The translations under genes were made by a program, and so were the position numbers. Positions 1 through 13,267 of a stretch of 64,000 bases of DNA are shown in pieces. Location: the NCBI GenBank assembly GCA_965285935.1, contig OZ260661.1:125240001-125304000 (forward strand), in the 5' to 3' direction. This stretch comes from Ophelia neglecta. Lineage: Eukaryota. Under the pieces are notes generated by a model. That model saw nothing but the letters and a program-made list of their open reading frames with translations, searched no databases and had not been told where the DNA came from. Every line of letters starts with the position of its first letter. Position 1 is the stretch's first letter.

Positions 1-727
1 GAAGGTAGACATGTCGTTATGTTCATATTAAATAATGTCTTGTTTTCTACAGGTGCTCTATAAATCACAGTTATCAGTATGAGTATATCAGAATACAGTG
101 TATATTTTTTTTTATATTTACCACAATTATTCTAATATAATAGCCCTATTATATATGTAGTGATGTAAGTGACTGTAGTCTTCAAAGCAAACTGTGATTT
201 ATTTTAGTAACAGCCTGTTCAATGTATGCAACAACATGGAATTATCTATAGGTGACCAGGCTTTTATGATGTCATCTATACTTAATTAACGAGCTGCTAA
301 AGCAGAACTTCTGAAATATTAAGTTCTTTTTTTCAGCTTAAAAGAACAATGCCCAGCAAACACTGTTGTTATACATTAATTAAAGCCACTACTCCTTCAC
401 TTCTCAAACTTCTCGGCAAAATTGAGGCTTGAATTTATGATTAGTTCCCTTCAGATATAGATACAATTTAGTTATGAAAACCTGAGAGCTATTGGTGTCT
501 TCTAAATATACTACCTGTTAAACACATATCCTGCAGGAAAATAACATGGAAAGCAAACACTTGCAACTGAATATGTTAATTTATTATTTTTAATTCAAGT
601 CAATTTTGAAAAAAAAAAATATAGATAAAAAAAATTGTTAAGTAATTGGAAAAGTGCGAGTATAGATTAAAGATTGTTACATTACCTGTTTAGTTCAATA
701 TCTGATGAATGAATTTCCTTGTTATAG

Positions 728-3700
728 GCTCAACAGTCACTATTGTTGAAACGCCCAAACGAGGTAAAAACAAAGGAACGAAAGATGTGAGGAAACCAGA
801 GGCGAGAACCCCCCATAGACTACGGGCCCGAAACAAACCAGGTGGGTGCTGGGAATACATGTTTTATCATTGAATAGAGTGGCTCCAGAACCATGGGGAA
901 CTGGAGGGTAGGCGAAACACACATTTTGTGGACCCCGGAGACAGCAGTGTAGAATCCAGCTAAATTTTGCATAAGTTTTGTCGCACTTGATTTATTCCGG
1001 AGGTGTAACGAGGTGAATTATTATTCAAAGGTTTCGCCGAGTCCTTAAATCAATTTTATATCATACATACTGCAGAATTTTACTAAACATCAGAAGCATT
1101 ATGTGAACTGTATCTGATTGGTAGTTGCCGTTTTCTTAGTTCAAGAAGAGCTCTCGTCAGATGAGAGTATTAGTTCAGAGAGTGAAAACGACTCCGGTGA
1201 TGAAAACAACGAAAATATAACTCCACCCAAAACTCCAAGAACCCCTGGTGGTAGAAAGAGAAAACTCAGAGAAGAGGATGAAGGCATCACGGTACAATTA
1301 ACTATGCTACTTATATTACCATGGGGATAGAATTGATATCCGTTTTTTTGGTTTCTGTAGATTAAAGTTTAAGTGTTGAATATAAGTATAAAAAATTGAA
1401 ACAAAAAGTGAAAGTTTTTTATTTCAAGAAAGTTTATGTCCCACTCGTAGACAAAATTTGTTGAATAATCTGGCAGACTATGATTAAATTAAAAAAAGTT
1501 CTGGAATATCACTTTGGGCAAAAGCTGGAAGATACATAGGTCCCTTTGTACTAAAAAGTGACATGTTATAATCGTGAAGAAGAAACAAATCTGCTCAAAA
1601 TGTATCTCCCTGTGGGTCTTTAATTTGTGTCATTTGGTCATTGAAAAGTCTTGAAAGACCTTATGTTATCACATCAGTCAGGTTCCCGAGGGGAGAGTTA
1701 ATCAAAATGTTTATTCTCTGCAAAGTGCATTGAATCTTTTAATGTCTTTTCATATGTGATATCATTTTACTATTATTGCCTTTAATCAGTGTTTAACCAG
1801 TCCTGACCATTTAAATAGCCAGTAAAATCGAAGTAAAAACAATCGGCCCCCACAGGCACCCCCTCGTCCCTTGAGTTACAATAAGTCTTATATTCATTTT
1901 TCCCTCAGACTGCCACAGTGGAGTCGTATTTTGCCCTTCACAGTGGGAGTGCTGTAACCTCTGACCGGACACTTTCTCGGCTTGAAAACCCGAGAATGGA
2001 CCAGGAAGCCCTGTCTGAGGCCCTGTCAGGGGTCAAGGACACTTACACCAAAGAGAGGCTGGCACTCTACAAGGAACACGAAGCATGCTTCAACAAGTGG
2101 ATGTATATGATGTGGTAAGTGAAGTTTGGATTTACATCTAAGGTGATGACTTATTACATAGCTAGCCCCTTGGCAGGAAAATTCCTTAGCCTTGCCACGT
2201 AGGGTCCAATTAAAGACAGCTGGCACTGATCTTGGCAATATTTGTCTTTTGAATGTGGAACCATAGATCACGGAAAAATTAGTATAAAATGGGGAGTGTT
2301 AGCTTGAGCCGAGATCAAACCTGCGAGGCAAACAAAGAACCCAGGGTTTACTCTACCTACTGAGCTGTTATGAAAGCAGGAGCCAATTAAATCAAGGTCA
2401 ATTGCCCCACACGGAGGCATCAGCGCTATTTAATCATAGGAGAAAAAGGTATGGCGCAACAGCATTTTGAAAGATCGTGATCGGAAATCCTGTAATCAAA
2501 AGTCACAATTGACAACCTGAGAGCTCGGCACTTGGTCTACTTGTAATTTGTGTGCTAACTGATGCCAGCTTCAGCGCATGGTGGCCTGATGAAGCACGGT
2601 GTGCACCAAAAAAGAGTGAGCTCACAGGGAGGCATTAATAATAATTATATTCCCATTGTTGCCACCTTTCCTCTTTTTTTTTTCACTTGATTATTGCTTA
2701 TGTTACCAAAGGGTTAAAATTGGCACACTTGCAACAAGACAGTTCACCATTAGGATGGTTTATCATAAGGTTATTCATGTACATGTTAAAAATGTTTTGA
2801 ACAAATTTGGGAAGAAGCATATGGTTCATTTGTTTATATCTCAGAATTATGTAGCAAACAATCTCAAATTCCAGGCAAAGAATCTTGTGCTGCTAAATAA
2901 TTGTTTAAAATGAAATTAGCAAGTTTTTTATTTCTACGCTTCTTTTTCCATGTAAGTAAAGACCCCAGCTTTACTTTCCAGGAAAACAAGTCAGTCACTT
3001 GTTGCACTTTGGGAATTTTACACTAACATGAAATTAGAAAGTTGACCTGCACCCTATAATATACTAGTTAGTTGTTAAAAGACAAGTGCTTTTACTAGAA
3101 CATTAAGTTTCTCACTTTTTTTGAGACTTGTTGAATTGTGAATTGGCATTACATAATTCAATATATGCTAGATTGTAATCTAAATGCAAAATTTGATAGC
3201 ACTTGTATTTTATTGGTTCAATTTGCACCGGCCTATGTTCATGAACAATCCTTGTCTCGTTCTTAGTAATGGCTTCAATATACTGCTGCATGGTGTGGGC
3301 TCGAAGAGAAAGCTGATGGAGCATTTCAGGTGTCAGAAGTTAAAAGATTTCAACAACGTTGTGATAAACGGCTACTTCCCCAGTATCACCATCAAAAGTG
3401 TGAGTAGTCAGCAATATATCTATTTTAGTTGTTATGCTAAATCAGCTTCATATCTTCATTTGCATTGTTTATTTGCTGTAAGTGAACCAAAGCCATGGTT
3501 TATTTGCCAACTCTTGGATAACAATTAAATACATTAAGAAGTACTACGCTGCATTGAAATTTGTTTTAGTATTATTCCTGTCTTATGTTGGTAGTGCTGA
3601 ATGACTGTAAAACGCTTTGGGGTAGTCTTTATTCATCGATAATAGCACTGTAGAAATAAAACTTACTCTTCTACTTGCTACTCTACATGTATTTATGACC

Positions 3701-6700
3701 AACAGAATAAAGCTTTATGTGAAATAAATATTCTCCTGACAGCGACAAGGTTGTCTGCACTATGAATCTCAGTATCGTAGTCAGTGAAGCCACTCTAGTC
3801 AGGGAATCTAATTCTTGTCATTAAATCTACTCTGGAGTCAATAGTCATCTACAGTAGTCAATTAATCTACTCTAGTCAAGTATTATTACTCAATATGGAT
3901 GAAGCTACTTGTATTTCAATACTCTTCCCGAAGACATTTAATTTACTCTGTATCAATGAATCTGGTCTTAGTCAATTAATAATCTAGCCTTAGTCAATTA
4001 ATCATCTAGTCTTAGTCAATTAATGGTGTACAGTAGTCTTAGTCAATTAATGATCTAGTCTTAGTCAATTAATGATCTTGTATTAGTCAAATAATGATCT
4101 ACCGATAGTCATTTAATTTTGCTCTGTATCAATAAATCTAGTCTTAGTCAATTAATGATCTTGTTTTAAGTATAGTTTTTAGTCAATCAATGATCTAGCC
4201 TTAGTCAATTAATCATCTAGTCTTAGTCAATTAATGGTGTACAGTGGTCTTAGTCAATTAATGATCTAGTCTTAGTCAATTAATGATCTTGTATTAGTCA
4301 AATAATGATCTACCCATAGTCATTTAATTTTGCTCTGTATCAATGAATCTAGTCTTAGTCAATTAATGATCTTGTTTTAGGTATAGTTTTTAGTCAATTA
4401 ATGATCTAGCCTTAGTCAATTAATCATCTAGTCTTAGTCAATTAATGGTGTACAGTAGACTTAGTCAATTAATGATCTAGTCTTAGTCAATTAATGATCT
4501 TGTATTAGTCAAATAATGATCTACCCATAGTCATTTAATTTTGCTCTGTATCAATGAATCTAGTCTTAGTCAATTAATGATCTTGTTTTAAGTATAGTTT
4601 TTAGTCAATTAATGATCTAGCCTTAGTCAATTAATCATCTAGTCTTAGTCAATTAATGGTGTACAGTAGTCTTAGTCAATTATTAATTTAATGATCTAGT
4701 CTTAGTCAATTAATGATCTTGTATTAGTCAAATAATGATCTACCGATAGTCATTTAATTTTGCTCTGTATCAATGAATCTAGTCTTAGTCAATTAATGAT
4801 CTTGTTTTAAGTATAGTTTTTAGTCAATCAATGATCTAGCCTTAGTCAATTAATCATCTAGTCTTAGTCAATTAATGGTGTACAGTAGTCTTAGTCAATT
4901 AATGATCTAGTCTTAGTCAATTAATGATCTTGTATTAGTCAAATAATGATCTACCCATAGTCATTTAATTTTGCTCTGTATCAATGAATCTAGTCTTAGT
5001 CAATTAATGATCTTGTTTTAGGTATAGTTTTTAGTCAATTAATGATCTAGCCTTAGTCAATTAATCATCTAGTCTTAGTCAATTAATGGTGTACAGTAGT
5101 CTTAGTCAATTAATGATCTAGTCTTAGTCAATTAATGATCTTGTATTAGTCAAATAATGATCTACCCATAGTCATTTTATTTTGCTCTGTATCAATGAAT
5201 CTAGTCTTAGTCAATTAATGATCTTGTTTTAAGTATAGTTTTTAGTCAATTAATGATCTAGCCTTAGTCAATTAATCATCTAGTCTTAGTCAATTAATGG
5301 TGTACAGTAGTCTTAGTCAATTAATGATCTAGTCTTAGTCAATTAATGATCTTGTATTAGTCAAATAATGATCTACCCATAGTCATTTAATTTTGCTCTG
5401 TATCAATGAATCTAGTCTTAGTCAATTAATGATCTTGTTTTAAGTATAGTTCTTAGTCAATTAATGATCTAGCCTTCATCAATGAACCTCCTCGCTGTGA
5501 ATGAATGAATAGTCCTACGCAATGAAACTACTTTTGACACTGAATCTATTAATTTCTTACCAGCAAATATTTTTTTATTCAATTAGCTTTAGTACATTAC
5601 AATCTTTTTTAAATGTTTAAATGTCTTGAGTTAAAGCAATTCATTTGTTATTCACTGTTGTATTTGCTTCAGATTCTCAATGCTATAACAGAGGACATTT
5701 TAGATCACAACGGCAGCTTCCGCAGCCCATTAGAGCAAGTCTCCTTCATACGCAAACAGTATGAATGTGGAGGTATGTGTTTATAAACCTTGACAGCATC
5801 AAGTCCATAGCAGATGCTCTGCAGAAAATGGTGTCTTTTTGCCATTCCTTGATATGGCCTCAGTTTATCTAAATGTGCTACCACTTAGATCTTGTCATAC
5901 AGTGTTTATTATAAGTTTTTTAATGGGATGGCGACTACTGTAGGCTTTTAAAAAGCTTGTTAGGCCTTGATCAGAATTTAAATTTAAATAGTGGTGTGGG
6001 CCGGACAGTTTTGACTTTAATTTAGGCTTTGTTTTTAATTGTTATATTTTTTGACAATAAAAAAAAAAATTGCATTGTTTGTATAATTCTGGACAATACA
6101 AATTCAAATCTTATTTATTGTCATGAAAGCCTTTTATACATAAAGCATTAAATGTGGGTACAAAACTTAGGTACTAGTGCCTTGACTACTTCCTCTACAG
6201 TAGTATGGTGACAAAAGGTGGTTAACAAGATTGTGCAAATAGTAATGGAGCTATGGGGCTGAAATTGACTGGGAGGAAGCGTTTTAGGCCATACATGAAC
6301 TGATTAACTTTTGGCTGAAATCTGAATATGATAAGTTAACATAGCAGTGACTAATCAATATGTGATTGGCAAAAATGTAAAAAATTTTTGCTTTTCTTGC
6401 CATTTCATGCGATATCAATCGTTTTGAGCAATTTAAATATATTGGGGGTCTTTGGGGGGTTGGGGTGGGTGTGGGACCCACTCTTGCTTTGACTTCGCCC
6501 GGGAGTGATTTTGTGACAGACCTGTTTATTATCCCTTTTATGATATATTTAGATTGTTCTGACTTTCAGACTATGAAGACCTGTACCTGGTCATACATAA
6601 CATAGATGGGGTGATGTTAAGAGCTGAGAAGGTCCAGTCTGTACTTAGTATGCTGGCCCAGGTCAGAGGCCTTCACATCATTGCATCCATAGACCACATC

Positions 6701-9700
6701 AACGCTCCTCTTGGTCAGTAGAAGATATTTATTTAATCAAATTATGGTAATCTTAAGCCTTAAGTCTCCTCTCTTCACATTTCCTTAAAAACAAACTACC
6801 GGTACTGCAATTTCTCAACTTCCCTCATATTATTGTACCCCATAATATGTTTCCCAACAGGAAATGTTACCAATTTCTTATTTAGCCATACTTTTGCACG
6901 GAGAATGTTCGTTAATTAGCCATTATTGTCAAATTAACTTGAGTGGCGAACTGTCCATAATGGTGATCAATTGAACAGGAAATATTCGTGACTTTTCTGG
7001 CAGTTTTGTAAATCGCAAACTTTTCCTGATCCTGACATTTGCGGGCTTACCATTTCAATACTATTTTGTCAGTTATCACAGGATTTTATTGGACTGGTAA
7101 AATGTTGTTCTGGGTTTGTTACAGTCTGGGACCAAAATAAATTGAGCCAGTTTAAATGGTTGTGGCCTGATGCAACTACTTTTGAGCCATACAAGGAAGA
7201 GACTTCGTACGAGAACTCTTTACTGGTACAGCAGTCGGGTGTACTGGCTCTAAGCTCATTGGTGCATGTGATGAAGAGTCTGACGCCTAACGCCAAAAAC
7301 ATCTACCTCCTTCTGGTTAATTATCAACTGGACAACAAAGATGACAAGACATTCCAAGGTGGGTAGCAACTATTAATTAGTACAGATTGGGTGCAAATTT
7401 ACAATCAATTTCCGGTTTACCCAGCTTGTCCGTGATTGGTTGTAGCCAGTGGCCACTACATTTTGGTCATTTGTCATGATATTATCATTTTTCTCTACTT
7501 AGTCTAGAGGTTAATTCTGATTAGTTGAGTTTTAATGTTTTTTTTTGCAAATAAGCTCAGCAACTTTGACAAGCAGTCGTACACCGCGGTGTATTTTGTA
7601 TTTTTTTGTATTACATTGTATTAGTCAACTATTATTATTCTGGTGAAATTCCGATAATTATTAATTGGTTAGAAAATTAATTTATTATGTCAAAAATACC
7701 TTTAGATATATCAGCTTCAAATTGGGTGTAATGATTAATGTAATAATAATATACGATATGTGTATTAAGTTAACTTTATTTATGACCTGGAAATTTTTTT
7801 TAAGGTTGTTTGCATTATCATTGAGTTCATATGGAAGCTTTGAACATATATAGGCTTGATTAACATTTATTCATAATATTCAACAAGTTATAATTGGTTA
7901 AATAGCTAACTTCATTAATAATCACATAAAAAGTATTTAAGAAGTTATTTTTTTTTATCAATGAATTCTGATGGGGAGTTTTAACATGTAGTACAGTACT
8001 TTCTCATGACATTCAATAACTAATATATGTTAAATAGTAATTTATTAGTAACCAGAGGAAAAATGGTCAAGGCATTATGTCTCTATTATTCAGTTCATTT
8101 CACACAGCCCTTATGCAAAAATAAATAAATAAAACATTTCCAGGCTTACTATAGCCAGCAGCCTTGAACCTTGATTTGGTTTCTTTTACATTTGAAACAG
8201 TTGAAGGGTACTTGTATATTTATAATAACATATAAATGCATCAGGCCTGGGGCATCAGTGTACTCATGTACTCGTGTACATATTTTCAGGTACTTGAATG
8301 TACTCTGTACTCTTAGTAAAATTTGGTACTCGTACTTGTACATGAGTACATTATAAAATACCTGTACATCCGAGTACATTTTGAAAAAAATCACATCATT
8401 GGGTAACCATCAGTGATGAGCTTACATAAGGAAGCCTCTGTCTCTCCCTCTGTGTGCACCAAGGTTACAGTAGGTGACACACCTACAGTAACTCTAGGCA
8501 GTCAGCCAGCCAATCAAGGGCATCCATATCACTGGGGCTGGGCTGTGATTCAATCACTATATGGATGGGTGATAAGCTAACTTGCTTATAGTGATCAGCA
8601 AACATGTTGGTTGTTTACACAAAGCTATAGAGTAAACTGGTTGAATCTGAAAATATACACTTTATCATGGTGTAACGCCTTGATCAAGGGTGAGGGGGCA
8701 GGAAACTAGAAAGTCATTGTATGGGCAATGTTTAGAATGTGTAATTGTGTAACAATTGGAATTGACTATTTATAAATACTAGCAGCTTTCACAACCTGCG
8801 GTATAGTAGCATTTAATGGCCTGAGCTTATTTCAGATTTGCTTACCTGAGTTCATCTCAGATTTGCTTACCTGAGTTCATTTAGGATAAACACCATTAAC
8901 CACACATGAGATGTGCTCAGTGCAATAAAACTGCCCCAGCCAATCTATGATGTACTCGCAAGGCACATCCTAAATGAACTCTGGTAAGCACTAAGCACAG
9001 CAATTTAATTGCGCTGAGCATATCTCAGGTGTACTAAATTGAGGTTATCTCAGATTTGCTTCATGGGAACATGTTACTGCATTGTATTTGTATTTGTGTA
9101 TTGTATTGTAATAAATTTAAGATGCTTTTTTAATTACAATCACATTTGTTTGCCTTTTTTCCTATTGATTATTTTGGCATAAAATGTACTTGTACTCGTA
9201 CTCGAGTACATTTCAAAGTACTTGTACTCGTACTCGAGTACATCTGAAATGCATATACATGCATCTATATGCCTTTTATTTGTAGCCCTGCATTCCCATA
9301 TTCATGTGAAATAGCTATTTCCAAGTACTGCTCACAAGCATGGAGGCTGGTAGTTGGGTGTGGTGGGGGGGATGGTGTATGTGGGAGGTATCTGTTTGCC
9401 TTTGGCTTACAGTTCTAGTTCCGTAATGTATTTCCCCCAGATTTATCTGGTTTATTGTTCACTAACACTACCAGTTGCTTCTCTGTTTTTCCAGGTTTGT
9501 CATTCCCAGATCTGTATCAGAAATGCCGAGAGAACTTCCTTGTAAACAGTGATGTAACCCTCAGACAGCAGCTGACTGAATTCAGAGACCACAAACTTGT
9601 CAAGTCCAAAATTGTAAGTCAAGAATATTTTGTGTGTTATGTATTTTGTGTGTGAAAATTAGTGTAGAACTTATTTTTTTACCCAAGTGACAAGGCATTA

Positions 9701-10090
9701 TTATATAGTGCATGTAGTATAGGTTCTTAAACAGTAACACATTTACTAATGAGTGCTAGGTACATGTATCACAAGAACAGTTAAAAAGCTGAATCTGATA
9801 TTTTATCCCTTTTTGTTCAAAGAATCATTGTTATATCCATGTGAAGTTAACTGGTCCCCTGGTGACATGTGTTCATGAAGATATACGATTTTTGCTAAGG
9901 ACACATACCTTAACTTCCTCATTGATGCATATTGTGTTTGTACAAACTAACAATATTACCTGGGAAGACTTACATTTTTTAATAGTTGTTGGGGTATTTG
10001 TAGGGTTTGGATGGCGTAGAGTACCTGATAATACCCCTCGACGAAGCCACCTTGAAGGAGTTTATACAACAGCACGAGGACACTGGATAA
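728..10090 (+). CDS. ORC2: Origin recognition complex subunit 2 (5'-truncated by window; 9 coding exons visible)
   Basis: Exons 728-841, 1140-1291, 1909-2114, 3267-3399, 5673-5772, 6570-6713, 7125-7358, 9495-9613, 10004-10090 (TAA). All junctions are GT-AG with consistent phase. Translation shows ORC2 hallmarks: [109 protein letters not shown]. The N-terminal part is low-complexity with several S/T-P CDK-type sites. Confidence 0.96.
2305..2368 (-). mobile_element. tRNA-derived (SINE-like) head, degenerate, in ORC2 intron
   Basis: Minus strand reads AGCTCAGTAGGTAGAG (A-box-like, 2366-2351) then GGTTTGATCTC (B-box-like, 2321-2311). No intact cloverleaf. Confidence 0.45.
3940..5476. repeat. Intronic satellite: ~22-bp monomer (ctagtcttagtcaattaatgat) arranged in 211-bp higher-order units, ~7 copies
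   Basis: Marker gtgtacag occurs at 4026, 4237, 4448, 4659, 4878, 5089 and 5300. Spacing is 211, once 219 because of an 8-nt insertion. Degenerate monomers flank the array on both sides. Confidence 0.95.
6255..6480 (+). repeat. Dispersed repeat fragment matching the core repeat of the element at 10411-12289
   Basis: gctgaaattgactgggaggaag...catgaactgattaacttttggctgaaatctga closely matches 10630-10697, 11058-11123 and 11727-11760. Confidence 0.7.
8243..9245. mobile_element. Non-autonomous DNA-transposon-like element with gtactcg/cgagtac subterminal repeats
   Basis: Clusters of gtactc(g)/tacttgtac/cgagtaca motifs at 8259-8380 and 9186-9243 bracket about 800 bp of unrelated sequence. The right terminal repeat and target-site duplication are not clearly visible. 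Confidence 0.5.
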
Positions 10091-10215
10091 AGACATGAAT
10101 GTCTGTTCAAGAATGCCAAGAACTATCTGTAGAATCTGTGAAGCAAACTAACTATATAACATAGAATATTTCCACTTGTTCTTGTTTGTATGAGAGTGAA
10201 TCATGATGCTTGGGA

Positions 10216-10221
10216 AATAAA
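10216..10221 (+). terminator. Candidate ORC2 polyadenylation signal AATAAA
   Basis: First AATAAA about 125 nt after the stop codon, followed by U/GU-rich sequence. Confidence 0.55.
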
Positions 10222-10410
10222 GCCAATTGTGACATTTTTCTTGTTCATATTCACTGTATTCTATGTGTAATTTATAAAATCCCTAATATTCTTTCCTTCA
10301 CTGATATCTGTAGAACATGCACTCTTAAGTTGATTTAGTTAGAATGAAGGGAAATTGTTACTGTTTTGAATTATCAATCGGCTTACCTAATAATCACTAC
10401 TTGATAATAT

Positions 10411-12289
10411 TATTTACCACCCTTTCGAAGAAAAAATGGGAGGGGGATATATTAAGTGTCTTGAGGTTGTCCGGTAGTGTCGCCGCTTCTCACAGCCGCT
10501 GCCGGAATATTTTGTTTAGGTGTTTTTTGGAAATACTCAACATGAACTTACTTTTGTTACTATTTGAGTTACAAAGTGTTTTTTACCGATCCCGATAACA
10601 CTTTCAGCAAAAGTATAACAGGTGCCGAGGTGAAATTGACTGGGATGAAGTGCCTGTACCTGATCATGAACTGATTAACTTTCCAGCAGAATCTGATCAT
10701 ATTTAGTTCCATGGCAATGGGTATAAAAACTGACATATCTTATGGACTCTGACTACTTTAATGTGGCAATTAGGCCATAAATTATTATAGGTATAGGATT
10801 GAAATGGTAATTTCAGATTTGATCTTGACCTACATTTTCAAGGTCAAAGTAACGAAAACGACAAAAACAACCAATGGCTGTGAGAGGGTAAGGCTCAATG
10901 CAGAGAAACCATTTTGTTGAGATTGGGGTGTTTGGGCCTAGGTTTTTTTTATTGGAATATTCTTTAAGAACTTACTACTACTACTATTACTTGAGTTACA
11001 AAATGTAAGAGACCAAGCTCGTTAGTGCAATGCAGCAAAAACGATTCCAGGCATGGTGCTGAAAACGACAGGGATCAAGTGCCTGTGATTGGCCATGAGC
11101 TGATTTACTTTTGGATGAAATCCTAACATATATGGGGAGAGTATAGAGAAATGTATGCTGTGATTCCATTAGTTTTGTGAGATTTGACCTTGACCTAAAT
11201 TTCCAAAATGACAAATAACAAATCTGTAAGTTAGCATTGCCTTAATACACAGAAAACATTTTGTCAGGATTGATGTGTTTGAGCCTGGAATTTTTTTTTG
11301 ATACTTTTTATGATATTACTACTAATACTACCTGAGTTACGAAAAGTTGTTGAAGGAGCTTACTGGGCAGTACAGCAAAGACTGTTGAAGGTTTGGCGCC
11401 GAAATAGACAGGGATGAAGTTTCTATCTTTGGTCATGAAGTGATTCACTTGGGAGAATTCTGAATAAATTGTTGCCATGGCAAGGAAATAAAAAAATGGC
11501 GGAATTTCATTCATATCCACTGTAAATTCTTTAATATAGCAATAAGACCTTAAATTATTATTGGAAAAGTGTGGGCTGCAATTCCAATCATGTTTTCAAA
11601 TTTTGTCGGAAGAGAATTTTACATTATAGCATTTTTTGTAGAAGGGGGGGGGGGTAGTATGGGTGTGCAAATAATGGTTTCTTGACTTTTCCAACGATTA
11701 AGTGTGGAAGGAGGGTGGCTACATGGCTATGAACTGATTGACTTTTTGGCGGAAATCTGAAACTACGAGTTCCCATGTCAACTGGTATAAAAATGACTGT
11801 GACTTCTTGCTTCTTTAATAAGGCAGTTAGACCTTATATTACTATTGGTAGTTTATAGAAAACTGTGTCTGTTGTTCTGATTGTGTTTTCTGATTAGACC
11901 TTGACCCTAAGTTGAAGGTCAAATTTGAAAAAAAGTGGCCTAAAAACAAATGATGGTAACACAAAAAAATTCCTAGACACACACCCAAACCATTGTGTTT
12001 TTATTGAAGTTTTTGGGACTGGCTAGTTAAGAACTGTAGAAGGGTGGAGGGAAGGCCGTAGGGGGTGGGGTCTGGTTAGATGGGGGAGAGGACCGAGGTG
12101 GGTGAACAACATTTCTTTCTTTAGCTTTGTTGTAATTTGAAGTGGTTCTAGAGTACATTTGCATAGAACTTTTTTACTTAGACCTTGTCCATAGTTGGCT
12201 GTGAGACAAACATGTTTACTATCCCTTTTAATTGGTGGGAGGGGGGTGGGGTGGGGTGGTGGGGGGCTTGCGTTTCTAAACGTCTTGTT
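10411..12289 (+). mobile_element. Helentron-associated non-autonomous element (DINE-1/HINE-like) with ~4 degenerate internal core repeats
   Basis: The 5' end is T-rich, followed by an imperfect hairpin (ccaccctttcgaagaaaaaatgggaggggg). Core repeats start near 10630, 11058, 11397 and 11725, with tgaccttgacc/aaggtcaa motifs. The 3' end ggtggggggcttgcgtttctaaacgtcttgtt has a subterminal repeat, a small hairpin and cttgtt, the same architecture as 54601-54631. Confidence 0.65.
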
Positions 12290-12847
12290 GTATATTGTAT
12301 TTAAACATCGGAATGTTGTTTCAAATTGGAAGTGATTTGATAGTGGAAGATAACTGTGATATTAAGCATGAAAAAAAAAAGGGGTAAAATGAAAGTATAT
12401 AATTCCGAGCAACCTATGAGAGAGTAAATGAAAAGTAAGATTTATTTTCCGTAATAATACATCCAATTCGGCGAAGGAATAATTCAGTTAAGTTTACCCA
12501 TCTTAAGCCAGTAAAAAGCCGTAAAATTTGCTATTAATATCACATTTGATTGTTAAGGTCAACTAAAGGTTATTCGAAACAAACTAAAACCCGGCCCCGT
12601 CCCTAAGCCCTCCTCGGCTTCCGCAAATTCGGCTTACAAACTCTAACGTTACTCAGACCAAAGAAAAACGTTCAATGTCCGGTTATATTATTAGGCAACA
12701 ACACAATCACATTGCTCCGCTAACAGAGGCTACATTTTGGGCTCCGGTGCCCAAACTTGGATTAGCTTTTAAGCCCAATGGCCCTGAGAAAGTCGGAGAG
12801 TAATTTTGTCAAATGTTTGCCCTTAAAAGGGTGTGTTCTATTACGGA

Positions 12848-12993
12848 GAAGAAGCGCTGATGCTGATATTCACCAAGGTCAACGCCTCAACTTGTAAGGC
12901 GAAGTAGACAAAGAGAGGTCGAACCTTACAGCTGACAATGATAGTCACAGTACGCACGTCGACATTGAAGTTGTTGATGATCCAGTGTGGTGA
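12848..12993 (-). pseudogene. Relic fragment (ECL1-TM3) of a paralog of the neighbouring GPCR
   Basis: Translates HWIINNFNVDVRTVTIIVSCKVRPLFVYFALQVEALTLVNISI, versus HWITNTFGIDVRTLTDASCKIQPLFVYFAIHFEAWTLVNISI in the neighbour (13931-14073). A 1-nt deletion removes the ERF motif, and no other GPCR sequence flanks it. Confidence 0.88.
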
Positions 12994-13267
12994 CGGATCT
13001 CGACCAGATCGCACTGATCACTGATTGATTGATTCCTAACCCTATTTCATAAAAAGAATGTCGTACGAAACTCCTTTTAAACGGAATATATCCAGATAGG
13101 TTTTTTTTCTTGGTACATGAAGAAAATACATGAGATTATTATTTAGGCTGTGACATATTCCTTTGATATTATTAAACAATTAGCCTATAAAGACTTCGTG
13201 CTGATAATTTTAAAAGTAAAAGCCAACATTTGGCTTCTAGATACAGAAAAGCCGTGCAGGGTTTCTT

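Noticed and set aside
1-80. Additional ORC2 exon after ttttctacag at 52
   Set aside because: Only a very short segment follows, the phase-1 reading hits TAA at once, and upstream context is missing.
2305-2368. Functional tRNA gene
   Set aside because: A/B boxes are present, but the acceptor and anticodon stems do not pair and the B box is mutated.
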